DNA from: an uncultured bacterium
Lineage (GTDB): Bacteria > Zixibacteria > MSB-5A5 > UBA10806
Length of the DNA: 64,000 nt
Assembly: GCA_965541585.1 (NCBI GenBank)
Contig: CBEUCH010000003.1
Coordinates: 160,001-224,000 of the forward strand
Direction of reading: 5' to 3'
Made by a program: the position numbers and the translations under genes. The notes beneath the pieces are model-generated. The model made no database searches and was not told the DNA's origin. It saw only the letters and a list, made by a program, of their open reading frames with translations. Within the stretch, counting starts at the first letter, position 1. Every line of letters begins with the position of its first letter. This document shows positions 56,290-64,000 of the stretch, piece by piece.

Positions 56290-56809
56290 ATCAACAACGG
56301 TCCTTGCCATGTTGGATAAGAATGGTGCGGCCATGGGAGCCGACGGCCAGGTGAGCCTGGGCGATACAATCATGAAATCGAAGGCTACGAAAATCAGAAA
56401 GCTCTATAATAATTCCGTGCTGGCCGGATTTGCCGGCACATCATCGGATGCAATCACCTTGTTTGAGAAATTCGAATCCAAGATCGATGAATACTCCGGT
56501 AACCTTTCACGGGCGGCGGTAGAGCTGGCCAAAGAATGGCGCACGGATAAATACCTGCGGCGTCTGGAAGCCGTCATGGCAGTGATCGATAGAGAAAAAG
56601 TACTCATGATATCCGGCAATGGCGATGTTATAGAACCGGATGATGGTATTATCGCGATCGGTTCCGGTGGGGCTTATGCGCTGGCCGCCGCCAGGGCCTT
56701 AAAATCGGAGACAAAGTTACCGGTCGAGAATATTGTGACCAAATCCCTTGAGATCGCCGCCACCATATGTGTTTATACAAATAACAGCATCGTCGTGGAG
56801 AAACTATGA
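56270..56809 (+). CDS. hslV: ATP-dependent protease subunit HslV
   Basis: [33 protein letters not shown]. Confidence 0.96.
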   Translation: MKERAYRSTTVLAMLDKNGAAMGADGQVSLGDTIMKSKATKIRKLYNNSVLAGFAGTSSDAITLFEKFESKIDEYSGNLSRAAVELAKEWRTDKYLRRLEAVMAVIDREKVLMISGNGDVIEPDDGIIAIGSGGAYALAAARALKSETKLPVENIVTKSLEIAATICVYTNNSIVVEKL

Positions 56810-58182
56810 GCGGTGCCATGGGCAATCATAAAATTGATTCTCTGACCCCCGGCCAGATAGTCGCCGAATTGGATAAATATATTATCGGTCAGGCTAATGC
56901 CAAGCGAATGGTAGCTATTGCTATGCGGAACCGCTGGCGTCGGCAAATGGTCGACGAGGATCTTCGCAACGAGATAATGCCCAACAATATAATCATGATT
57001 GGCTCGACCGGAGTCGGTAAGACCGAGATAGCTCGACGGCTATCCAGCCTCGCGAATGCCCCCTTTATAAAGGTGGAGGCCTCGAAATTTACTGAAGTGG
57101 GCTATGTGGGCCGGGACGTCGAATCGATGGTTCGAGATTTGACGGATATTGCGGTCAGTATCGTAAAGAAAGAAAAACAGGGGAAAATCGAATCGAAGGC
57201 GCGCAAGATGGCCGAGGAGAAATTACTCGATCTTTTATTGCCATCTTCATCGCAAAAAAGATACCCCCGACAGGCGGAGGATAACGAGGCGGTGGACAAG
57301 AGCCTTGTCGCCAGAGAAAAACTCCGCAAACAACTGCATGACGGCAAGCTCGAAAATCGGCATGTCGAAATTGATGCGGCCCCCAACCGATTCCCTATAG
57401 TCGAAATATTTTCCCCCATGGGAATGGAGGAGCTGGGCGTTAATATGCAGGAGATGTTCTCCGGCATGATGCCGAAAAAATCCAAAAAGAGGCGCGTGGC
57501 TGTAGCCGAAGCGATCAATATTCTCGAGGCGGAGGAAACCAACAAGCTCATCGATATTGAGGAGGTAATCGTTGAAGCGATAGAGAGAGTGGAGAATTCC
57601 GGTATGATCTTCGTAGATGAAATCGATAAGATTGCCGGGGAGAAATCGAAAACCGGCCCGGATGTTTCCCGGGAGGGCGTCCAACGAGATATTCTCCCGA
57701 TCGTCGAGGGGACAAGCGTAATGACCAAATACGGTCTTGTCAGGACCGACCATATCCTGTTTCTGGCGGCCGGGGCATTTCATATGTCTAAACCTTCGGA
57801 TCTGATCCCGGAACTCCAGGGGCGTTTTCCGATCAGGGTGGAGCTCGATGATCTGACTGCGGGGGATTTTGTTCGTATTTTAACGGAACCTGAAAATGCA
57901 CTTATCAAACAATACACGGCGCTTTTGAAAACGGAGGGGGTGCAAATTTCGTTCGAGGAGTCCGCTATCCGGGAAATAGCTCATATTGCGTTCGAGGTCA
58001 ACTCCCGGACCGAGAATATCGGCGCCAGGCGCCTTCAGACAGTTCTGACCAAGCTTCTGGAGAATATTATGTATAATGCTCCGGACGTCGACAGGAAGAG
58101 AATCCGGATAACCAGGAAATTCGTCAGAGATACACTGAAGGAAATAGTAGAAGATAAGGATTTGTCGAGGTATATACTGTAG
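56806..58182 (+). CDS. hslU: ATP-dependent protease ATPase HslU
   Basis: [41 protein letters not shown]. Confidence 0.97.
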   Translation: MSGAMGNHKIDSLTPGQIVAELDKYIIGQANAKRMVAIAMRNRWRRQMVDEDLRNEIMPNNIIMIGSTGVGKTEIARRLSSLANAPFIKVEASKFTEVGYVGRDVESMVRDLTDIAVSIVKKEKQGKIESKARKMAEEKLLDLLLPSSSQKRYPRQAEDNEAVDKSLVAREKLRKQLHDGKLENRHVEIDAAPNRFPIVEIFSPMGMEELGVNMQEMFSGMMPKKSKKRRVAVAEAINILEAEETNKLIDIEEVIVEAIERVENSGMIFVDEIDKIAGEKSKTGPDVSREGVQRDILPIVEGTSVMTKYGLVRTDHILFLAAGAFHMSKPSDLIPELQGRFPIRVELDDLTAGDFVRILTEPENALIKQYTALLKTEGVQISFEESAIREIAHIAFEVNSRTENIGARRLQTVLTKLLENIMYNAPDVDRKRIRITRKFVRDTLKEIVEDKDLSRYIL

Positions 58183-58195
58183 ACATCAAGTAACT

Positions 58196-59638
58196 ATGAA
58201 ACCTTCAATCATTTCCTCTATATTGCCGGACGGAATTATCCCGAGATCAATTGTAGCAAGGCCATATTCTAACGCGGCTATAAACGTCGCTTCAGCAATC
58301 ATCCTTATGATCTCTATGTTTGCGACTCTTTATTGGGATACTAAAGCATTGGCTGTTCCTCTCATAATTTTGATCGTAATCCTGATCCTTCGATATCGCA
58401 GTTTCTTAATATATATGTTACTGATAACGGCGCCTTTTTGCCCTTATTATTTCCCTGAATTTAGTACTGTGTATGTCTATTTATTAGTATTGCCAATAAT
58501 TGCCCTGTGGCTAATCAGGAAATTTATTATGGGTAACGAGCCTATTCAGTTTGCGGCGCCGCTAATGGCGTTTTTGATGACATTTATGTTTTTCACACTA
58601 ATGTCTGCTCTAAATGGAGGTATAACAACAGCGGAGCAATATTCGCTTATTAGATTCTCAATTTTATTCGCTCTCATAATTGTATTGTATGATATTTATA
58701 GAATCGCTGATACAGTCAAAATTATGATTTCAATCACAATTCCTCTTTTGGCATCGACGTATTTTATGATCTCTGCTTATGCTCATGCAGGCGGGATTTT
58801 TGAAATTCTGAAGCTATATAGGTTGAAGCCAGCCGGATTATTCCTGAACAGCAATTCATTTGGGGCGGTGATCTTGATTGTTGCTCCGTTTTGGCTTGCA
58901 TTGTCGATATGGAGTAGGAAGAAATATAAAAGGATAGTATCGGGGATTATAGCGGCCATTTTAATAGTTGCATTGATTGGGACCAATTCTCGTGCATCTA
59001 TGGTAGGATTTCTAATGACGGTGATACTATTTTCATTCTGGAAAAGGAGAATAAGGCGCAATTTGGCGATATTCGCCATAGCAGCTGCAATAGTATTTTC
59101 AATTCCAACAGCAAGGATCATTTTTTCGGTAGGCTTAAGGGTAGAGCAGGGTAGTACTGGGAGAATGGATGTTTGGAGGAATACTGTAGAAATAATCAAG
59201 CAAGATCCTTGGCTCGGTGTAGGGATAGGCAATTTTGGAAAGGCGTATATGCCTTATTTTGAGACCGTCTGGCACCGGAATTTCTTCGGAAGTATGTCGA
59301 GCGCACACAACCAGTATTTATCGAAGACGGCGGAGTTGGGGATTATGGGATTTGTTTTGATGATTATTCTATATTACTTTCCCCTTAGATCGGGCATCAA
59401 TGCCTTGAGGATAGTAAAGGAACGGAATAATCAAGCCGCTTTATATGGCATACTCGGAGGAATAGTGGCCATTTACGGGCAGTCTATCTTTGAGACGTGG
59501 GTGTTGGGAGTAGGACGCATATATCCGGATATATTGATTTGGATTCTTATCATCATGGTCTTGAAGATCGAGAGAGTTGAGGAAATGCAATCCGATTCCT
59601 TGATTTCATTTGCGAAGGCAGCGAAGGGGAAATCATAA
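58196..59638 (+). CDS. O-antigen ligase/polymerase-like (Wzy_C) membrane protein
   Basis: Many TMs; FLNSNSFG, TNSRAS, GRMDVW, PWLGVGIGNF, AHNQYL...ELGIMG. Confidence 0.85.
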   Translation: MKPSIISSILPDGIIPRSIVARPYSNAAINVASAIILMISMFATLYWDTKALAVPLIILIVILILRYRSFLIYMLLITAPFCPYYFPEFSTVYVYLLVLPIIALWLIRKFIMGNEPIQFAAPLMAFLMTFMFFTLMSALNGGITTAEQYSLIRFSILFALIIVLYDIYRIADTVKIMISITIPLLASTYFMISAYAHAGGIFEILKLYRLKPAGLFLNSNSFGAVILIVAPFWLALSIWSRKKYKRIVSGIIAAILIVALIGTNSRASMVGFLMTVILFSFWKRRIRRNLAIFAIAAAIVFSIPTARIIFSVGLRVEQGSTGRMDVWRNTVEIIKQDPWLGVGIGNFGKAYMPYFETVWHRNFFGSMSSAHNQYLSKTAELGIMGFVLMIILYYFPLRSGINALRIVKERNNQAALYGILGGIVAIYGQSIFETWVLGVGRIYPDILIWILIIMVLKIERVEEMQSDSLISFAKAAKGKS

Positions 59639-59725
59639 GGGCAGCGTGTGAAAGAATTGATATCGAAATATTTTGAAAAAATCCGACCTTGTCTTGAAAG
59701 AAAGATATTCTGAAGGGGAATTATC

Positions 59726-60637
59726 GTGAGCAGAGATTTCTTAGCCATCACCGATTTCAGTGAATCTGAAATAAGAGAAACGTTTAAACTGGCAGCAGAT
59801 TTAAAAAAGAGGAAAGGACAGTTTCTCGATGTCCTCAAGGGCATGACAGTCGCTTGTATATTTCATAAAGCGTCTCTCAGAACCCGGGTTTCATTTGAGG
59901 TCGGGATACATGAGCTCGGGGGGCATTCCCTGTATATTACCGACAAGGAGATTGAACTGGGCGTCAGGGAGTCGATCCATGACGCGGCCAAGGTCCTTTC
60001 CCGCTATGTAGGCATGATCGAGATTAGAACTTTCTCCCATAAATCGGTGGTTGAACTGGCCAGACACGCACTTGTTCCGGTTATTAACGGTCTTACGGAT
60101 TTTTTGCATCCATGCCAGGTAATGGGGGATATGTTCACCATGATCGAGCACAAGGGAAAGATCGATAATCTGAAGATCGCATACCTTGGAGACGGCAATA
60201 ACGTCTGCAATTCCTGGCTGAAAGCGTCGGTCCGAATTCCACTCGATCTCAGAATCGGCACGCGGAAAGAGACCATGCCCGATCCGGACATCGTCGACGA
60301 GGCCAGAAGCTCCGGCCGATCCAGAATAAAAATCACCGAGGATCCCCGAGAAGCGGTGCGAGGAGCAGATGTCGTCTATACTGATGTCTGGGCCTCCATG
60401 GGCCAGAAAGGCCAGGCGGAATCTCGGGCGGCCTTGCTGAAGGATTTTCAGCTTAATACTCGTTTGCTTGCCTCGGCTGATTCGAACTATATTGTAATGC
60501 ACTGTCTTCCTGCTGAACGTGGTCGTGAGATAACTGATGATGTCATGGACGGCGAGCATTCGGTGGTTTTCGATCAGGCGGAAAACCGTCTGCATATTCA
60601 AAAGGCTATTATGGTCAAATTAACTCAAGGGGCTTGA
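59726..60637 (+). CDS. argF: Ornithine carbamoyltransferase
   Basis: SLRTRVSF, HPCQ, GDGNNV, DVWASMG, HCLP, QAENR. Confidence 0.95.
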   Translation: MSRDFLAITDFSESEIRETFKLAADLKKRKGQFLDVLKGMTVACIFHKASLRTRVSFEVGIHELGGHSLYITDKEIELGVRESIHDAAKVLSRYVGMIEIRTFSHKSVVELARHALVPVINGLTDFLHPCQVMGDMFTMIEHKGKIDNLKIAYLGDGNNVCNSWLKASVRIPLDLRIGTRKETMPDPDIVDEARSSGRSRIKITEDPREAVRGADVVYTDVWASMGQKGQAESRAALLKDFQLNTRLLASADSNYIVMHCLPAERGREITDDVMDGEHSVVFDQAENRLHIQKAIMVKLTQGA

Positions 60638-60830
60638 TTCTCCCGATAAAAGATCTGTAAGAATAAACAAAATGCACTACATTCCCTTTTCGTAATTACG
60701 TCTGAGATATAAGCGCGCCTGCGGATCTCATGGATAACCGCTTCTAGAACATGGAATCTGTTATCCCCCCGAGGAAATCGCTATTTTTATTGGACGCTGA
60801 ACAAGTCGTATAATCCGGCTCGGGCGGAAA

Positions 60831-62291
60831 TTATATCCTTTTGAAGACTGCCATTCCGAGTTGTTCTGTGTCCCGGATGAATTCAAATCTCTTGATCTCT
60901 TGAAAATTCTCTTTTATGTACGCTATCTGCTCGAATTGATCCAGATACTTTATTCTGAGAATTAAATAATCAGGATCAGCAAGTCTGATCTTTTTGGAGC
61001 GATTAGCTGCGTTTTGCTCAAGGTAATTCAACTCTATGAATTGTGGTGAAATGAGCCCGGCGTCGTCATAAATGTATCTTCGGCTGTGATAGCCTATGAT
61101 ACCTATAGGTTCCAGGTATAGGGTGGCCTTTTTCGGAGTATTCTGCTCTAAAAACTTCCCGATACTGGTGCGAAACGTTTTGAAGCTATATTCGCTTTGT
61201 AATTGGACTATTTTTGAGATAAACAACGGCGCCGTCGATACCAGCAGGATGAAAGCCATGGCGATCTGCAAGAAGAGCCTTCGTAAACTTGTTTTCCTGA
61301 TGATATAGTCGTATATGGTTATGACGGCAATTCCCGTAATTATGATATAAGCGAATAAAGGCGGTATGTAATACCAACCGTGTACATTTGTGTTTGCATA
61401 AGCGAGCGCTCCATAATAAAGAAAAAACCATAAGATTATCGGGTAATATCTCAATTTTTTGACGAAGACGACGGTCATCCCCATCAGGAAAGCCAGGGTA
61501 GGGAGGGAACTCAAATAACGGCCTTTGAGAAAGAACTTGGAAAGAATCAGCATTAATGCAGATATGCTTGAAGTCTGATGACCGGCATAAAGCACCAATT
61601 TCGCCCTTAAGGTAGTAGGAACAAACGTATCAAAATACGCGAAGATGAATAATTCCCACGCCATAAAAATGAGGAATGGGATTAGAAATGTTTTTAGTCG
61701 CAACGGTCTCTGGTCGAAGAGAATGAATATGGTTACGACGGCTACTGCGCTCAAGCCGTCAATCCTCAAAATGGCGCTTAAGAAAGCAAACAGCAGTGAT
61801 AAAAGATATCTTTCCTTAAAGAGACTGTAAAAAGAAATTGCCAAAAGGCACGCGAAAAAGGCTGTTTCCATGCCTGAAATAGCCCAGCTTATATTGGACG
61901 GGGAAAAAACAAATAGGAGGGACGGAATGAAAGCTATTTTACTGCGGGAATAGCTGTATATCATTTTATAAACTATAAGACTTGTAATCCCTTCGGCAAC
62001 AAGACTCATTGCAAGCGAGCTCACTATACATGGAATCCCGACTACTCTGAACAGAGCCAGAATTAGAGCGAATAATGGAGTTGTCGTACCAAGAACTTGC
62101 TCCCCGACGTTGTAGACGAATCCGTTCCCCGCCGCCAGGTTTTCGGCATATCTCAACGTGATAAAAGCATCCTCATATATATTGGGTATAAATAGAAAGA
62201 TAACCAGCCGCGTGAAAATGGTTAAGATAGGAATCAGCAATATATTGCTGTCATCCTTAATCAATTTGGCAGTCTTATGAATTATGTTCAT
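60831..62291 (-). CDS. Polytopic GT-C-type membrane glycosyltransferase, AT-rich
   Basis: EDAFITLRYAENLAAGNGFVYN...GTTTPLF, SGMET, RIDG, IGIIGY...DDAGLISP. Confidence 0.75.
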   Translation of the reverse strand: MNIIHKTAKLIKDDSNILLIPILTIFTRLVIFLFIPNIYEDAFITLRYAENLAAGNGFVYNVGEQVLGTTTPLFALILALFRVVGIPCIVSSLAMSLVAEGITSLIVYKMIYSYSRSKIAFIPSLLFVFSPSNISWAISGMETAFFACLLAISFYSLFKERYLLSLLFAFLSAILRIDGLSAVAVVTIFILFDQRPLRLKTFLIPFLIFMAWELFIFAYFDTFVPTTLRAKLVLYAGHQTSSISALMLILSKFFLKGRYLSSLPTLAFLMGMTVVFVKKLRYYPIILWFFLYYGALAYANTNVHGWYYIPPLFAYIIITGIAVITIYDYIIRKTSLRRLFLQIAMAFILLVSTAPLFISKIVQLQSEYSFKTFRTSIGKFLEQNTPKKATLYLEPIGIIGYHSRRYIYDDAGLISPQFIELNYLEQNAANRSKKIRLADPDYLILRIKYLDQFEQIAYIKENFQEIKRFEFIRDTEQLGMAVFKRI

Positions 62292-62605
62292 CGTATATCA
62301 CGATCAATTAAGAAAGCGCTGTGAATAGCAATTCTATTTATGCTTCCACCTATTCACAGATCGAACTCAATTTTGCTGGCCCTCCTCGTAGTCAGCGTTG
62401 GATAAACAGATTCGTCCGAAAGCCGGCCACGCATTTTGTCCAGGCAACGGATGTACTTACCGCGCTTGGTGTTGTTAGATATGCAACTTCTCATTTTGTG
62501 TCAAGATATTTAGCCCTTTCTCGATCGATTCATCGTTTCCCTCCTGTAAAAAGAGGGTGTTTCCTCGGCATCTTGTCCACTGCTGCCTCTCACCGAAAGA
62601 TTAAC

Positions 62606-62671
62606 CAGGCGGAGAATCGTCTACATATTCAAGAGGCGATCATGGTCAAATTAGCGCAATCACTGGCCTGA
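62606..62671 (+). pseudogene. Orphan second copy of the argF 3' end
   Basis: QAENRLHIQEAIMVKLAQSLA*; 42/48 nt identical to 60575-60622. Confidence 0.85.
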
Positions 62672-62832
62672 TCTTTCAAAGGTTCGTAGAATTATCCTGA
62701 GATCCTCGTATTTATCGATCTATCTTTAATTATCCGGATAAATAGATTCTCAACGGCCACAAACTTGTTGATTTTATAGTGGCAGGTATTATTTTGCCGG
62801 GAGCGTTTCAACACGGTGCTTGGAGGTGTTTG

Positions 62833-63705
62833 ATGCCGAGGGTTTTGGAAAATATTCAGATAGGGCCGCTCAACTGGAAGATGAAGGTCCATGTCCCGAA
62901 ATTGGTGAAGAAAGCGCAGGCCGGTCAATTTGTCATAATCCGTGTGAATGAGCAGGGGGAGCGCGTACCGATGTCTATTGCAGGGCTGGATCGCGAAGGC
63001 GGCGTACTTACCATAATATACCAGGTGGTGGGGAAGACGTCGGCTCTGATGGCCACAGTGCCCGCGGGCGGGGAGATAATTAATTGCGTGGGGCCGCTCG
63101 GCCTGCCGACCCACGTTAAAAATTGGGGTACCGCTATTCTGGTTGGCGGGGGGATTGGTATTGCCCCGATCTACCCGATAGCGCAGGAATGGAAGAAGGC
63201 TGGCAATAAGTTATACACCATCATCGGGGCTCGCTCGAAGAATATCCTGTTCTACGAAGATGAGCATCGGGCTGTAGCTGATGAATTGCATGTCTGCACC
63301 GACGACGGTTCCTATGGCCATCATGGTTTCGTCTCTGATGTTTTAAAGCAGATTCTGGATAGCGGCGAGAAAATCGGCATGATTATGGCCATCGGGCCGG
63401 TGCCGATGATGAGAGTAGTATCGGAACTCACCGGGCCTTACAACGTTCCCACCTATGTGTCATTGAATCCTCTCATGGTCGACGGTACCGGCATGTGTGG
63501 TGGATGCCGGGTGGCCATTGGAGATACCACCAAATTCGCCTGTGTCGACGGCCCCGATTTCGACGGTCATAAGGTCGATTTCGACCTGCTTACAAAGCGG
63601 TTGTCGGCTTACAAAGCACAGGAGCGGGAATCGTTTCATAAATTTGTCGAATCTCCCGATTGCAAACTTCACAATTCCATAAAGGAACTGGCTCAGGCGA
63701 TGTAG
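62833..63705 (+). CDS. nfnA: NfnA/SudB-type FAD/NAD-binding subunit of electron-bifurcating transhydrogenase
   Basis: AGQFVIIR, GERVP, GPLG, GGGIG, DGTGMCGGCRV, CVDGPDF. Confidence 0.9.
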   Translation: MPRVLENIQIGPLNWKMKVHVPKLVKKAQAGQFVIIRVNEQGERVPMSIAGLDREGGVLTIIYQVVGKTSALMATVPAGGEIINCVGPLGLPTHVKNWGTAILVGGGIGIAPIYPIAQEWKKAGNKLYTIIGARSKNILFYEDEHRAVADELHVCTDDGSYGHHGFVSDVLKQILDSGEKIGMIMAIGPVPMMRVVSELTGPYNVPTYVSLNPLMVDGTGMCGGCRVAIGDTTKFACVDGPDFDGHKVDFDLLTKRLSAYKAQERESFHKFVESPDCKLHNSIKELAQAM

Positions 63706-63746
63706 CGAGAGCATTCAGGGTATAGCAGGTAGTAGATTATTTTTTA

Positions 63747-63764
63747 TGGTGAAAGAATTCACAA
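63747..63764. promoter_or_regulatory. Rex-box-like operator between nfnA and nfnB
   Basis: TGGTGAA-AGAA-TTCACAA, one mismatch to TTGTGAA-N4-TTCACAA. Confidence 0.5.
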
Positions 63765-63792
63765 CATTGCATGTCTGTGAAGGAGAATAGAA

Positions 63793-64000
63793 TTGGCGAA
63801 GGATAGAATAGAGAAAAAAGAACGGATGAAAATTCCTCGCTGCACGATGCCGGAGCAGGATCCGGGTGCCAGGGCGGCGAATTTTGATGAGGTCCCTTAT
63901 GGATTGACCGCGGAAATGGCCATCAGAGAAGCGACGAGATGCATTGAGTGTAGCAAGGAGCCATGTGTGGCTGGATGTCCGGTTGAGGTGGATATTCCCG
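63793..64000 (+). CDS. nfnB: Partial NfnB/SudA (GltD-like) subunit; runs off window, absent from ORF track
   Basis: TTG after AGGAG; translates MAKDRIEKKERMKIPRCTMPEQDP...NFDEV...EATRCIEC...CVAGCPVEVDIP. Confidence 0.88.
   Translation, partial: MAKDRIEKKERMKIPRCTMPEQDPGARAANFDEVPYGLTAEMAIREATRCIECSKEPCVAGCPVEVDIP

Noticed and set aside
59639..59725. Duplicated hslU 3' end after the ligase gene
   Set aside because: Only patchy similarity; no in-frame match like the argF case.
62321..62605. 116-aa ORF as a real gene
   Set aside because: Only its last ~21 codons (the argF tail) look protein-like.

Overview
Gene-dense bacterial chromosome segment from a diderm, probably an anaerobe or facultative anaerobe. 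Secreted proteins carrying YPNPFN-type (T9SS-like) C-terminal domains next to mcsAB-clpC, nfnAB and hslVU suggest an FCB-associated lineage such as candidate Zixibacteria; this is inference only. The left 17 kb is accessory and surface-related: a GIY-YIG nuclease between inverted palindromic repeats, tadA, VIT1, STAS, three CTD-tagged secreted proteins, a kinase + sucrose-phosphate-synthase-like glycosyltransferase pair, three IPTL-CTERM surface proteins, an exported MTA/SAH nucleosidase and tRNA-Arg(ACG). The rest is mostly core: a MacAB-like ABC exporter, a GAF-PAS-LuxR regulator, a cation antiporter, DGC-nagZ-anmK-spoIID, comEA, rsmD, coaD, lysS, lolCD, mcsAB-clpC, rpmA, two-subunit fumarase, sdh, rqcH, yicC-gmk-rpoZ-topA-xerC-hslVU, argF and nfnAB. 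Most interesting observations: (1) an unannotated ~130-nt structured RNA with a consensus promoter, a strong terminator and a palindromic operator right behind the LuxR regulator; (2) beta-helix coils whose specific codons are hypervariable at positions 1-2 while third positions stay fixed; (3) a repeated sorting-signal + terminator DNA cassette shared by unrelated passengers; (4) a GIY-YIG gene inside a REP/MITE-like inverted pair next to an empty copy; (5) a glycosyltransferase islet bounded by two diverged argF 3' ends. All calls come from reading the sequence; no database search was run, and start codons are estimates.
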